Assembly: GCF_020745735.1 (NCBI RefSeq)
Contig: NC_083435.1
Span: 37,907,090 to 37,971,089, forward strand
Length of the DNA: 64,000 nucleotides
Source: Hemiscyllium ocellatum
Lineage: Eukaryota
Direction: 5' to 3'
Under the pieces are notes generated by a model, which was given only the letters and a program-made list of their open reading frames with translations, did not search any database and had not been told where the DNA came from. The translations under genes and the position numbers were made by a program. This document shows, one piece after another, positions 1-12,512 of this stretch. Positions within the stretch are counted from its first letter, which is position 1. Every line of letters begins with the position of its first letter.

Positions 1-700
1 AAATGCAAAACTTGCGCCCACACCTCCCCCCTTACCTCTCTCCAAGGCCCCAAGGGATCCTTCCATATCCACCACAAATTCATCTGCACTTCCACACACA
101 TCATCTATTTCATCCGCTGCACCCGATGTGGCCTCCTCTATATTGGGGAGACGGGCCGCCTACTTGCAGAACGCTTCAGGGAACACCTCTGGGACGCCCG
201 GACAAACCAACCCAACCACCCCATGGCTCAACACTTTAACTCTCCCTCCCACTCCACCGAGGACATGCAGGTCCTTGGATTCCTCCATCGCCAGACCATA
301 ACAACACGACGATTGGAGGAAGAGTGCCTCATCTTCCACCTGGGAACCCTCCAACCACAAGGGATGAACTCAGATTTCGCCAGTTTCCTCATTTCCCCTC
401 CCCCCACCTTGTCTCAGTCGATTCCCTTGAACTCAGCACCGCCCTCCTAACCTGCAATCTCCTTCCTGACCTCTCCGCCCCCACCCCACTCCAGCCAATC
501 ACCCTCACCTTGACCTCCTTCCACCTATCACATCTCCATCGCCCCTCCCCCAAGTCCCTCCTCCCTACCTTTTATCTGAGCCTGCCTGGCACCCTCTCCT
601 CATTCCTGATGAAGGGCTCTGGCCCGAAACGTCGAATCTCCTGTTCCTTGGATGCTGCCTGACCTGCTGTGCTTTAACCAGCAACACATTTTCAGCTCGG
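1..700 (+). mobile_element. 3' part of a Penelope-like retroelement (Neptune-type): decayed GIY-YIG region plus hammerhead-bearing tail
   Basis: Frameshifted LYIGETGRLLAERFREHL motif near 135-190, paralogous to the minus-strand copy at 53720-55420; same tail (cctgatgaagggc...gaaacgtc...gatgctgcctgacctgctgtg). Confidence 0.85.
602..637 (+). ncRNA. Minimal type I hammerhead ribozyme motif (Penelope-associated, GUC triplet)
   Basis: ATTC-CTGATGA-A-GGGC(TCTG)GCCC-GAA-ACGT-C-GAAT: stem I ATTC/GAAT, core CUGAUGA and GAAA, stem II GGGC/GCCC, palindromic ACGU in place of stem III. Confidence 0.75.
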
Positions 701-766
701 TTCTTTAATATGTAAATCCTGGAACTTATGTTAAGATAAAATTAAAAATCATACAACACCAGAGAG

Positions 767-1045
767 CCTAGGTTTAGGGTGAGACGGGAAAGATATAAAA
801 AGGACCTAAGGGACAACTTTTTCACTCAGAAGGAAGTGCATGTATGGCCTGAGCTGCTAGAGGAAGTGGTGGAAGCTGGTACAATTACAGTATTTAAAAG
901 GCATCTGGATGGGTGTATGAATAGCAAGGGTTTAGAGGGAAATGGGCCAAGTGCTGGCAAACGGGACTAGACTAGGTTAGGATATCTTGGAATGGATGAG
1001 TTGTACTGAAGAGTCTGTTTCCGTGATGTACATCTCTCTGACTCC
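767..1045 (+). mobile_element. CR1-type LINE 3' fragment
   Basis: FFTQKEVHVWPELLEEVVEAGTITVFKRHLD C-terminal motif plus the tail shared with the copies at 22.3, 47.3 and 48 kb. Confidence 0.85.
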
Positions 1046-1292
1046 ATGGGCAATAAGTGCTGCTCCAGCCAGCAATGTCCTTGTTGCATAAATTAATAAA
1101 TAGAGCAGTCACAGTCATCAGATAGAACACTTTGATAAAGCACAATTACCATAAGGGAATCCTCTGATAAAGCACTTGAATATGTGACCCCCCTAATAAG
1201 GCACAGTCACCATTAGGGCACCGTGATAAAATACTATCACTGCAGCCAGAGTAAGGTTCTGCCTGCTGCAGCACTTGTAAGTGACCCCCTTT

Positions 1293-1787
1293 TACAGGAC
1301 AGTTAGGGGGACTCCGTGCTCCACGGCCTGTTCCCCGGGACGCACACCGAGACGAACATCAACTGCGCCTGGAGTATCATCAACTCGGTGAAGGACACTC
1401 TCTGGGTGGTCCGAAACCTGTTGATCTTCCAGCTGAAGGAGTTGACCCCGACTGAGTGTTGCTGACTGGCACATTCCAAGGTCCAGGACTACGTGTTGAG
1501 GGACGCGCTGAAGCTTGGGGCAGCTGCCGCCAAGGCGCGGTGGGGAAAGACCACCGTTTAACATCTGCCTGCCTAAAGAAGAACGGGGGCCCGTGCAGTC
1601 ATTTGGGCTCTGCTGACGCCTCAGCTCAATATATGGGCATATGATTGAAAAGTGTACAGACCTGTATATAAATACAATAAATTCTGATCTCTATATGTAA
1701 ATGTTTACATATGTAGGGCATGACCAACTGTACAGACCATCAAATTATTTTATGAATAAAGTATATTTTTGAAATTAAAAAAAAAGT
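1293..1787 (+). mobile_element. 5'-truncated Tx1-type non-LTR retrotransposon (ORF2 C-terminus, 3' UTR, poly(A))
   Basis: Reads LHGLFPGTHTETNINCAWSIINSVKDTLW...C*LAHSKVQDYVLRDALKLGAAAAKARWGKTTV*, then AATAAA and an A-tail at ~1777-1787. One internal stop. Confidence 0.7.
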
Positions 1788-4427
1788 TAGGACACAGGTA
1801 TAAACAACACTGGCTGCAGAGCGCTGTAACTGCAGAGAAATATCTTTTTCAGCATTTTCATTGTAACATACCCCTGTTACAGGGATTCACTAGTACAGCA
1901 CTGTTTTTAGGTAACATCCACCCCCCCCTGCAGAAAAGCCAGTGTGAAAATACTCACTATTGCACTGTCAGTGCACAGGAGGCACTGTTATAATACTGTT
2001 TCTACAAGACATCCACTGTTACTGCATTCAATGTAAGGGACCTCCATTACAGTACTGTCATTGTAAGAGATCACCTGCTACAACCCCTCAATGTATGCAA
2101 TCTTCTGCTACACAAATATTAGTGTAACAGGGCTCCTCTTACAAAAGAGCACAGTATACAGTACACCATGTTATGATCCCAGCTGATGGGAAAATTTCGA
2201 CAAATCAGATCCCAGAGTTAAACATGGCTTCATACACCGTATGCTTAAGCTTGGAAGTTGGTTACCATGGTGCTTTCTCACAAACATGTTTAAATGAGGT
2301 TGCAGATGTCCTTTAACAACAGAAGCAAAGTTTATTACACAAAAAAATAAAGAACATTACAAAGATATTAACACTTACAGCAAACACTATCATTTCACAG
2401 AGATTCCAGTTCAGAGAAAAGAAAGATTGCCTCTATCACAACTGTTTAATCTTTTACCTGACCAGCTCTTCAGTGTCTTTTTCTGGGACATTGAGACAGT
2501 TTTATGAGTCTGTTGACATGAACATTCTAATGGCCTATACATTAGCTGAAACACTTCTATACATGCTCTCAACGTGGAAACTCCATAGATTAAAAACCAC
2601 TTCTGTTAGAATGCAGGATTCCCCTGAAATAAACTCCTGATTTGTCTACACTGAAGCCAAAAGTTAAAACAATAGTGTCTGGTCTGTTGTTAAACTCAGC
2701 AGCATAAACATTATATCCATTACCACCCTAGGTGTCTGCCAGGCACTGAATTGCAGGCACATACTTTCTTGGCAATTTTGCACTTAGGCCACTGTTCCAA
2801 ATGACTTTTTGACTTTTCTTCAAAAAAAGATACTTTTACAGTACTAACCCAAATATATCTGCCTCTACATCAAAACCCAAATCTCAAATGACAAGCTGGA
2901 GTTTGTGAGGAGCAGATTGCTCCCCATTACTATTATGAAAGGAAGGAACTCCACATTCCTGAGAGGTGATTTCAAGAAATGCCAAGCCACACTTCATTAT
3001 GACAGTTCTGTCACAGCATGGAGCTATCAGGGAAAGAAAACTCCATCCCCTTTCCACAACAGTCAGCTGCCACCTTCTGAAATGTAAAGGTGTTTACAGA
3101 TGCTGTATCTAAGCACATAAGGTAAGTGTCATGTTAGATGCTGGGAGGGTTGATGCTAGATAATAGGAGACCTAGGGTTTGAGATATGTAGGGTGCTAGG
3201 AATAGGATGACTGGTGAGTGGGGAATAGGTTGTCAGGTGAGGACAAAGCAAGGTGCCAGGGTGAAGGTGGCAAGTTGGCCAGGTAAGCACTGCAGTGTTT
3301 ATGGTAGGTCTGGGTCGATGGGAGAAATCGGGGAGGGTGGGTTTTAGGTCTGAGGATTTCTGGTTCATGGTTGGGGGGGTGCTGGGCCAAGACTCAAGTC
3401 ATGTCTGGCAGTAGTGGTGAGTCTGGTCTGAGGATGTTGGGAATCTAGCAGTGGAGGAATGAGAGAGAATAGGAAGTATGCCAGGAAGGGTGTCAGATCA
3501 TGTCTGGTGACAGATATAGAAGGGTCTAAGTCGTCTGGGTGGTGTAGTTCAGAATGTCAGTGTGAAGTATGGGGGGAAGTTTAAGAGTTACTCAGGAGTT
3601 AAACAATACATATATGATAGTCTAACATTTCCTCTGTAACTATTTTATGTAATTTAATTGTAACCCTCTAAATTGAGTGGTTTAAATGGAGACTTTCAGA
3701 GGTTCTAGGTAAAGAGGAAAATGTCCAGTGAAATCTTAATTTCCCAGGCAATTCCTGTGGAGTCAGCTACAGTGAGGTTTCCTTCATACACAACTCCCAA
3801 CTAATCTGAAATAACGACCGTCTGGTCGGTAGAAAATCTGGACTGATATATATATATATATAGTATACACCTTTTATCACAACACAGACACCCAGTAATT
3901 CACTTTGTTTTCATTTAAGGGATCAGAAAAACATTAAGGGAGATTTTAATAGAGAATGAAGCAACAGCCAGAGATAAAAGACACAGCAATACTGAAGGGA
4001 CAACAGCCAGAAAGCAGAAAGAAATTCAAACAACAAAGCAAGTAAGTCAAATGTGAAAAGTAGTTGTAGAGACCCAGAAATTAGAAAAAGTTTCAGAAGG
4101 ATTGCAGTTGGTAGAAGGAATCAGACGCTTGGAAGATCAAGAAAGAAAATGGTGGACAAAGTGAAGGCCCGTGAATGAAGGGGATTCCTTCTGGTGAACA
4201 GGGACTGTTGGCCTGTAAATCCCCTCAGCGTTCTCCCTGCTCACATTAGCATGACTCATTCACATCAGCACTCTTTCACTTTCAGTTGGCGGTGGAAGAT
4301 GTTTGAAGACATTGCTACCATTCACTCGAGGCAGACACTCCGATACATTCCAGAGGATATACACAGTTATGTTTTTCAGTCAATCCTCAATGATTCCCCA
4401 GCAGGCTCATCATCTTATTCCTATCCT

Positions 4428-4732
4428 GGGTGGCATGCTGGCTCAGTGGTTAGCAGTGCTGCCTCATAGCACCAGGGATCTGGGTTCAATTCCAGCCTCA
4501 GGTGACTGTGTGGAGTTTGCACGTTCTCTCCATGGCTGCATGGGTTTCCTCCCACAGCCCAAAGATGTGTAGGTCAGGTGAATGGGCCATGTTAAATTGC
4601 CCAAGGAGTCAAGTGCATTAGTCAGAGAGAAATGTAGGGGAATGGGTAGGGTGGGTTACTCTTTGGAGGGTCAGTGTGGACTTGTTAGGCCAAAGGGCCT
4701 GTTTCCATACTGTAGGAGTTCTAATCTATCTA
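4428..4732 (+). mobile_element. tRNA-derived SINE (HE1/V-SINE-like)
   Basis: A box (tggctcagtgg), B box (ggttcaattcc), V-domain gtggagtttgcacgttctc, CR1-like tail gggcctgtttcc; multiple paralogs in the window. Confidence 0.85.
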
Positions 4733-4959
4733 TTATTTTAGCCTCAGGACAATATGATTTGCAGGATTATAGGTTAGATCAAGACTCCTCTGTTCCTACT
4801 GCAAATCCTGAATGGGAATCTGGACAGATTTTAAACAACTAGGCTATATCAATCAAATTACACCACCTGATTCCACTGATAGCTCCCAACACAACTCCAA
4901 TCACACAGACAGTTCCCATGAGTGAGCTGGAGAGAGTAAGGAAGCCAGTGGTTAGGAGG

Positions 4960-5640
4960 GGATACCAGAGAGATATGGGCTGGGAGGAAGGAAAGGATAT
5001 TGCGTGGAGGAGTGGGTGTGTGCAGGGACGGAAGGGTGTGGGGGAAATCAAGGGGTCTGGAGTGCAGCAGCAGAGGGAGAAAGAGGAGTCAGTGCACATC
5101 AGGGGAGAGAGGGAAGGTAGATGTGGGGCGAGGAAAGAGTAAATGTGTGCAGGTAGAGAGAAAGGGTGAGGTGGGAGGGCGAAGCTGGGGTATGTGGAAG
5201 TAGAAGCTGGAGGTAGGTACAAGACAAGAGGAATTGGGGTGGGGGAGGGAGGAGGTGGAGGCAGGGTGGGTAGTAGATGGGAGATAAGGAGTCAGAGGAG
5301 CAGGAGGTAGTGGGTGGGGAGAAAGGAGGAGTCTGGCATTGGGTGGTGGGTAGAGGAAGGGGGGGGGCGTGGTTGAGAAAAGAGGAGGAGGCCAGGTGGA
5401 TATGTGGTGGGAGGAAGCGTGTTTGGGGAAATTAGATAGTGATGGGTAGGGAAAGGAGGGGCCGGGGGGGGAGGGGGGAATGGTGCTGCATGAGATGGTG
5501 GGGGAAAGGTTAAGGTGGGGGAAGAGGGGGATGGAAAGGTGCAGGACAGGGAGGAGGGAAGCTGGGGAGGAGGATAAGGACAGAAAGGAGGAGGGTAGGT
5601 GGGAGAGGAGGAGGACGGGGGAAGCGGTAATTGACACAAG
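4960..5640 (+). repeat. Purine/G-rich low-complexity tract
   Basis: Strongly G/A-biased + strand; the overlapping Pro/Ser-rich ORFs are compositional artefacts. Confidence 0.7.
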
Positions 5641-5723
5641 GTGGATTGCATCCGCAGACTGCTATACCTGTTTCAACCCTTTTGAAATTGTTTTATAAAA
5701 ATGTTAACAAGTGACAATGTTAT

Positions 5724-6029
5724 GGGCGGCACGGTGACTCAGTGGTTAGCACTGCTGCCTCACAGCACCAGGGACCTGGGTTCAATTGCAGCCACAGGCG
5801 ACTGTCTATGTGGAGTTTGCACATTCTCCCCTTGTGTATGTGGGTTTTCTCTGGGTTCCTCCCACAGTCCAAAGATGTGCAGGCGAGGTGAATTGGCCAT
5901 GTTAAATTGCCCATAGTGTTAGGTGCATTAGTCAGAGGGAAATGGGTTGGGGTGGGTTACTCTTCGGAGGGTAAGGGTGGACTGGTTGGACCGAAGGACT
6001 TGTTTCCACACTCTAGGGAATCTAATCTT
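5724..6029 (+). mobile_element. tRNA-derived SINE (HE1/V-SINE-like)
   Basis: Starts gggcggcacggtgactcagtggttagc; same body and tail as the other copies. Confidence 0.88.
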
Positions 6030-7177
6030 AACATTACGTACCCATTTTGCATATTTTCTTGTGCTTTAATTCTTCTCTGGATTAATTACACCACCTTAAT
6101 TTAACTACAGCCTCAAAAATTTGATTTGGATTCAGAAATAGGAATGCAATTTGAGTTGTATAAATGGGGATGACCAGTCTTCCGTCACAGACCACATACC
6201 CATCATTTGAGAATCTAAGTAATGACCTTTCCACGCTCTTTTATAGACAGCTTATAATCAATGTCACTTGTTCACGCAGGTAGTCATGAATTTACTAAGT
6301 AATACCTTGGTTGAAGGATTCTTGGAAATCCAAACATAATTGCCGGAACTTTGATGTAAGTCCTGAAGCCATCACTGACTACACTGTCAGTTTTGTGTTG
6401 TTGCGGTAGGAACTTCCTCTTTTTATTAGCTATGGCAGAGCCAACAGTAAGGACAAATGGTGAGGTTTTTCATTGCAGTCCATTACTAGTGAGACCACAC
6501 CCTCCAATGCCGTGACCACGCCCCTTTAGCTCCATGACAAGTGTATTGTTATTCTAAATGTTCCAAAACAGTGGTTTTCAAACTAATACATTCTTTTGAG
6601 GATACTTTTGTGACAGAGGGTGAAAGGTAGAAATACAGTCAGATGGAGGGAGGAGAGACAAATGCAGAGAGAGAGATAGAAATGGAGACAAGAGAGGCCA
6701 GAACTGAAACAGAGTTCCCATGAACTCGGAGACCAGATACTGAAAGAAGGAGATATAGTGAAAATGAGTGTTGAATCTTACTATATTTTGGAAAATGGTT
6801 GTTTTTGTGAAGTTTCATTGAGGCTGTCTCTTCACAAAGTCCACCAAGTATCCTTATGTTTTTCTCCTCCTCTAGCCTCATTACCCAGAGGGGGAAAAAT
6901 CAGGAATACTCTACTTGGGAATGAATGTGCTGGAATGATTACACTGTTCTGTCGGATACAAATGTGTGTCATTTGCACATTTTACTGCTTTTTCTTTCCG
7001 GCTAACTTCCTGTCGCACCTTGTCTGATTCTAGATAGATTTTCCCAATTGCCATTGCTGACATTCCGTGAGATTCCCAGGATTGCTGGCTCCAGTGCCAC
7101 CTTTAAAAAGCCCTTGTGGACCTGGACAAGCACCATCAGACCGCCATCTTACACAGTTCATGAAGTTTGCTCTGAAA

Positions 7178-7313
7178 ATGGAGGAGAAATTGGCACCCCG
7201 TTTTGTAGATATGGATTTGAAGATCCCAGTGGATAGGGTGGTTCAGAGAAGGCCAGACCCTGCCAGCCTGGTCTGAGGTTGTCACCTGGGTCCACGTTGT
7301 CTCAGCTGTCTCA
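7178..7313 (+). pseudogene. Decayed PIF/Harbinger Myb/SANT-like ORF fragment
   Basis: MEEKLAPRFVDMDLKIPVDRVVQRR, then after a frameshift QTLPAWSEVVTWVHVVSAVS; resembles the N-terminus of the Harbinger/NAIF1-type SANT domain. Related fragment at 57430-57650. Confidence 0.55.
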
Positions 7314-7328
7314 GATAACGTTTTTTTA

Positions 7329-7620
7329 AAGATTACTTACAGTGTGGAAACAGGCCCTTCGGCCCAACAAGTCCACACCAACCCTCCAAAGAGCAACCCA
7401 CCGAGACCCATTCCCCTGAACCTAACACTACAGGCAATTTAGCATGGCCAATTCACCTAATCTGCACAATTTTGGACTGTGGGAGGAAACCAGAGCACCC
7501 AGAGGGAACCCACAGAGACATGGGGAGAAAGTGCAAACTCCATACAGTCAGTCACCTGAGGTGGGAATTGAACCCAGGTCTCTAGCACTATGTGGCAGCA
7601 GTGCTAACCACTGTGCCACC
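7329..7620 (-). mobile_element. tRNA-derived SINE (HE1/V-SINE-like)
   Basis: Reverse complement of the SINE copies at 4428 and 5724. Confidence 0.85.
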
Positions 7621-7849
7621 AGAATTACTTTAATGGCTGAATATGAGCAATACCTAATCATGCGAATAAAACAAAACAGCAACATACAATTGCAATTGTA
7701 ATTACAACATACAAATTACAATTAAGTAATGTTCAGTATTTAATTAATAAAGTTCACACAAAATAAATATTGTGTTTTTAAACTATTTTGTGAAAATGTT
7801 ATATTATGTTCTCACGAGGCTTATTGAAACCTCACATGCAACCTCACAA

Positions 7850-9390
7850 AATCTGACAATGCAAGAAACACTGAACATCTAGACTCCATTTGACATCCAG
7901 AGTTGATCGAAATGAAAAGTTGATGTTGCTATGCCAAATCCAGCTTACATAAGTATACAAGCTGGCTGGAGGAGCCATTGCACAATGCGTGTTCCATCCT
8001 GACCACTAGTCTTCATACGCAACCAGAATCCTGACAGAAAAATTCTAGATTTTTTTTCTCCCCCCACAAAATGATCACCTAACATTTTTAAAAACTGTTC
8101 AACTTCAACCATGAACTGGTCAGGGCCAGCAATGAATAGAGTTTAGGGCCCAGATGAACAGTGTATATCCTTTTCCCCCTGATTTGGAAATGGCAAAAAT
8201 GTGACTTCAGACAGCTGAGGTGGGTCATTCATCACATGAGAGGGACACTTTGAATTCATTGTCATGCAAAAACTTGTACATTTCAACACATTATTATTTC
8301 AAGTGGACTCAGTTGAAGAATATTTGAAGATTCAGTTTGTTTAGTTTCCCAAGTCTGTGACATTAAAATTCAGACTCATTTGAGTTTAGTCAGAGAAAAA
8401 TTAATGAATTATTTTACTTCTGTTTGCATTCCTTTGCAAATGAAAGCAGGTGAACCCTCCATTCGGGAGACCCTTACAATACCTATTCCTATTAGCAGCC
8501 AGCGGAGCTCAGTGTGATACAACATGTCATGAACAGACCACATGTCTTCACAGAGTTCCTTACCTACAAGGTCAGTTTGATAATGTATGTGACCCACTGC
8601 AACACTTCACCCAGCTCTGTACATAATTCTTCAGTTGTTGACTGTTCCCTGTGAAACATTCAACAAGTACAGACAACAAACAGAGCAAATCCTTTCACAA
8701 AGCACGCCATATAGCCAGAGCAATGCCAGCACAGTGCAATCTCAGGGAATATTGTCCTCCATCCATTCCTCAACCCCACCTCCATAAAATTTGAATATTT
8801 ATGGTGCAGTTTTATGCACAGGAAATGTAAGACAGAACAGAATGTCTCTGGCAATAATATTCACCCATATGTGGATCACAAAAAGCCACTAAGTGCACAT
8901 CACACCTCTTGGTGCTCACATCAGTTTGAAAACCAAAAGCAGGTGTTCATTTCAGGCACCCCACTGATGTGGTTTCCTGGTCCCATGCAAACACCTCAAC
9001 TCTTTCCTGCAAATCTACTTGCATCTGCTACTCCCAAACATTATTTTAACTGCGTCTTCATTGCCTGTGCAATCCAAGAATTCATTCCCTCTTTGAGCTT
9101 GTTAAGGCCAGGTAAGACCCTCTGAAACTGAACTTGTGGCTGTGAAAGCACCTCTCTCCAACATTGAACAAATTGTCAGTTTCCCAGGGAATTCTTTCTG
9201 AACTATCTTCAAGTTTCAATCTTAAGTTTATTCAGTTTCATGCTTTTGTTAAACAGCAATGAGAAATAATTGAGACATTTTGTTCTTCTTTGGGCTCAGC
9301 AAAAGCCCATACTCAAGGAAAGCCCCTTCATATTTGCATACAGATTTCTTGGTTGTCATTTGCAGTAGAGGCAAAAATCTTGCTGCTGAC
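7850..9390 (-). mobile_element. Decayed hAT (Buster/Charlie-like) transposase
   Basis: Ordered minus-strand motifs in broken frames: FHRE (HCxxHRE), ELCEDM...LYHTELRWL (HTEVRWL), LGKLNKLNLQ, YLC[E]AGF and RSTLDV (dimerization region). Many stops and frameshifts. Confidence 0.75.
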
Positions 9391-9409
9391 CCACTGATGG
9401 AGACAGAGA

Positions 9410-9720
9410 TCATAGAATCTCTACAACTTGGAAACCAGCCATTTGGCCTATCAGGTCCAAACCAACCCTCTGAAGAACATTCCACCCAGACTTACCTCCT
9501 ACCCCAAGGCTAATCCACCTAGCCTACACATCCCTGGACTCTATGGGCAACTTAGCACAGCCAGTCTCCTTAATCTGCACACCTCAGGACTGTGGGAGGA
9601 AACTGGAGTACCTGAAAGAAACCCACACGGATCCAGGGAGAATGTGCAAATTCCACACAGACAACCATCCAAGGGTGGAATTGAACCATGGTCCCTGGCG
9701 CTGTGAGGCAGTGCCACCAT
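9410..9720 (-). mobile_element. tRNA-derived SINE (HE1/V-SINE-like), diverged
   Basis: Reverse complement of the SINE body and tail. Confidence 0.8.
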
Positions 9721-10299
9721 TGATGTGACCTTGACACCCACTGAATCGCAGCCAGAAATACTGCCCACCCCCCAATTTCCTTAATGCTTTCAATTGTACT
9801 CCAGAATCTTCCTCCCTCATACCAACCAACCCTTCATGGTCCCTTTGAAAGATTTGCATCTTCCAGTTGCACAAACTTGCCTTGGATAAGTCTACCTATA
9901 GATTTCATAGAGTGCACTTGCAAACTGTGCAACACGAGGAGCCTACTGGCATACAGTGCTATTAACAGTTCACAAGATCGCTACAGGCGTGTGTGTGAGG
10001 GTCTCATTTTCTAATTCAGAGCTATATATATATAGACACTGATATTTACCATTTCACTTTCTTGCAATCAGAGAAAGCTGTTCATTTAATCTATTGCTTT
10101 TTTGCAGGAAAATATATAGATTCGGTGTATTTTTAATAATTCATGAGCACACAAGAATGAAGATTAAAACATCAAATGTGAAATAGTTTGTATTAACTAT
10201 TTTGAGGTTTATGATATCTAAGATACACCATCACTGGTTCTCCTGGCCTTCCACTGTTATAGGGGGTATAGTGTCACAGCAATATTCCAGGCTCAGTCG

Positions 10300-11315
10300 T
10301 CTAGAGACTCAGGGAGTAAACATTCAAGTTCCATCATAGCGGCTATTAGAATATAAAATTAAAAGGAAAATTGGAATTAAAAGCTCATTTGAGTGATAGC
10401 TGTGACAATTATAATATCATAGTCGATAGTATGGTGCTGGAAAAGCACAGTGGGTCAGGCAGTATTGTTTTTCCAGCACCACATTCTCAGCTTTGCTCTC
10501 CAGCATCTGCAGACCTCACTTTCTCCAAATTGAATTCAAACTCACTGCGAAGCCTCTTCCAAGGATGCCTACCTTGAAGAGATTAGATTAGACTTACAGT
10601 GTGGAAACAGGCCCTTCGGCCCAACAAGTCCACACCGACCTGCCGAAGCGCAACCCACCCATTCCCCTACAATTACCCATTTATCTAACACTATGGACAA
10701 TTTAGCATGGCCAATTCACCTGACCTGCACATCTTTGGACTGTGGGAGGAAACCGGAGCACCCGGAGGAAACCCACACAGACCCGGGGAGAATGTGCAAA
10801 CTCCACTCAGTCAGTCACCTGAGTTGGGAATTGAACCAGGGTCTCTGGCGCTGTGAGGCAGCAGTGCTAACCACTGTGCCACCATGCTGCCCACTACCAC
10901 CGTGGTGCCCACATTGCTTTCTTCTCCTACTTTCTCTACAAGGATCTTTCTCTCATTACACCCCTCCCAGGTCATCTCTTCTCCCTGAAGCTCTTCAGCT
11001 ACGTCCTGAAGCAGACTTGCTACCACAGCCATGATGCTGCCTGACCTGCTGTGCTTTTCCAGCACCACACCCTCGACTCTGATCTCCAGTGTCTGCAGGC
11101 CTCGCTTCCTCCTCCATTAAAATATCATTGATTGTTGTAAAAAAAACCACCTCGCTTTCTCATGCTGTTTTGGGAGGAAATCTGCTGTCCTTACTTGGTC
11201 TGGCCTACAGATGGCTGCATCAATGTGATTCACTCTTCACTGTCCCTCTTGCCATCCCTAGCCACTCAGTTCAAGGGCAATTAGGGATGGGCAAATGGTG
11301 GACTTGCCAGTGATG
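10300..11315. mobile_element. Nested cluster: second SINE-like family interrupted by a Penelope-derived insert (10421-11120) that contains an HE1-like SINE (10580-10892, minus)
   Basis: The outer repeat continues across the insert; aatatcat is duplicated at 10413-10420 and 11121-11128; Penelope tail sequence lies at both ends of the insert in opposite orientations. Confidence 0.6.
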
Positions 11316-11739
11316 GTCCGTAAATGTTTGCAGGTAAAATTTAAAAAAACCCGAGAGGGGAAGAAAAAGAAAGCTGAGATTCTGAGTTTTTCCAAAATCT
11401 CACCAAGATCAGAGAAGGGTAACCCCTCACAGATTTTTAAGTTCTGTACTCCTAATTTAAACTTTGGGCATGTTTAGGGTAGGCAGACAAGCCTCATGGA
11501 CAATTACTGTGAAGCTCAGGGTGCAGGGTCTAAGCCTTTTGTTTAATGGCTCCTTCTCCCATTCACTAGCTCCCCTCACCAGTCTCCCCCCACCCCCCCC
11601 ACCTCACTCCCCACCTTCCCTTTCCTGCACAACCCCCACCACATGGGCACCACCATCACCTCCCTCCCATCCCTGCTACAAAAACAGGCCCAGCCTAACG
11701 CTGTGTGAGTGTGGATTCTAATCTCATCACTAAAACTGG

Positions 11740-12135
11740 TGGAATTTAAATTCAAATTCAATGAATTGAAAGAAGGTCTGGCACACAGTAACGGCGACTG
11801 TGAGATAATTCTATTAAAAGCCCAACTGATTCACTAATGACTTTTAGGAAAGGAAGTCTGCCCTCCTCACCAGGTCTGGCCTACATGTATCTCCAGACCC
11901 ACAGCAATGTGGTTGACTCTTGACTGCTGTCTGACATGGTGTAATGGGCCATTCAGTTGAAAGACAGTTAGGGGTGGGCTGAAATGCTGGACTTGAAAAT
12001 GTGTTGCTGGTTAAAGCACAGCAGGTCAGGCAGCATCCAAGGAACAGGAAATTCGACGTTTCAGGCCAGAGTCCTTCATCTGGGCTGGATGCTGGACTTG
12101 CCAACTTTGCCCACACCCCATGAAAGAATAAATAG
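11740..12135 (+). mobile_element. Second SINE-like family copy interrupted by a 93-bp Penelope tail insert (11996-12088, minus)
   Basis: ggtctggcctacatgt..ccagacccacagcaatgtggttgactctt recurs in the window; the insert is flanked by atgctggacttg at 11984-11995 and 12089-12100. Confidence 0.65.
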
Positions 12136-12512
12136 CAAGGAAAAAAATGTGCTCACAGCCACTGGGAAAGCAAAATCTATGTCATGATGCCAACTCATGA
12201 TCCTACTTACTCTTTCTGTTACTGCTTGTGTAAAATTAGGTAAATTGAAATCAATTCAACTATTCTTAGTAATATTTTCCGTTTCTCAATATTTTGAGCA
12301 CAGATAGGTTTACATTATCTATCATTAAAATAAACCCAACTGATATATAATGACCTGAACTTGTTCAATCTCTGTAACATACTTTAATATGCACAAGTAC
12401 AATCCATCTCACATACTATCCATCTGCTGCTGCCCTCCATGTGTTTGTCACATACCCCCCTCCCCCCTCCCACCTTTACTTGGTCATTCATACATCTATA
12501 GAATAGCATTTT

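Noticed and set aside
2169-2893. Possible solo LTR (TGTTAT...ATGACA)
   Set aside because: No target-site duplication and no second copy or internal domain nearby.
3920-4190. Possible exon (AG...GTAAGT) with a charged reading frame
   Set aside because: No recognisable protein similarity or partner exons; could be a decayed retroelement.
4839-5698. Pro/Ser- and Gly/Glu-rich ORFs
   Set aside because: Low-complexity purine tract artefacts.
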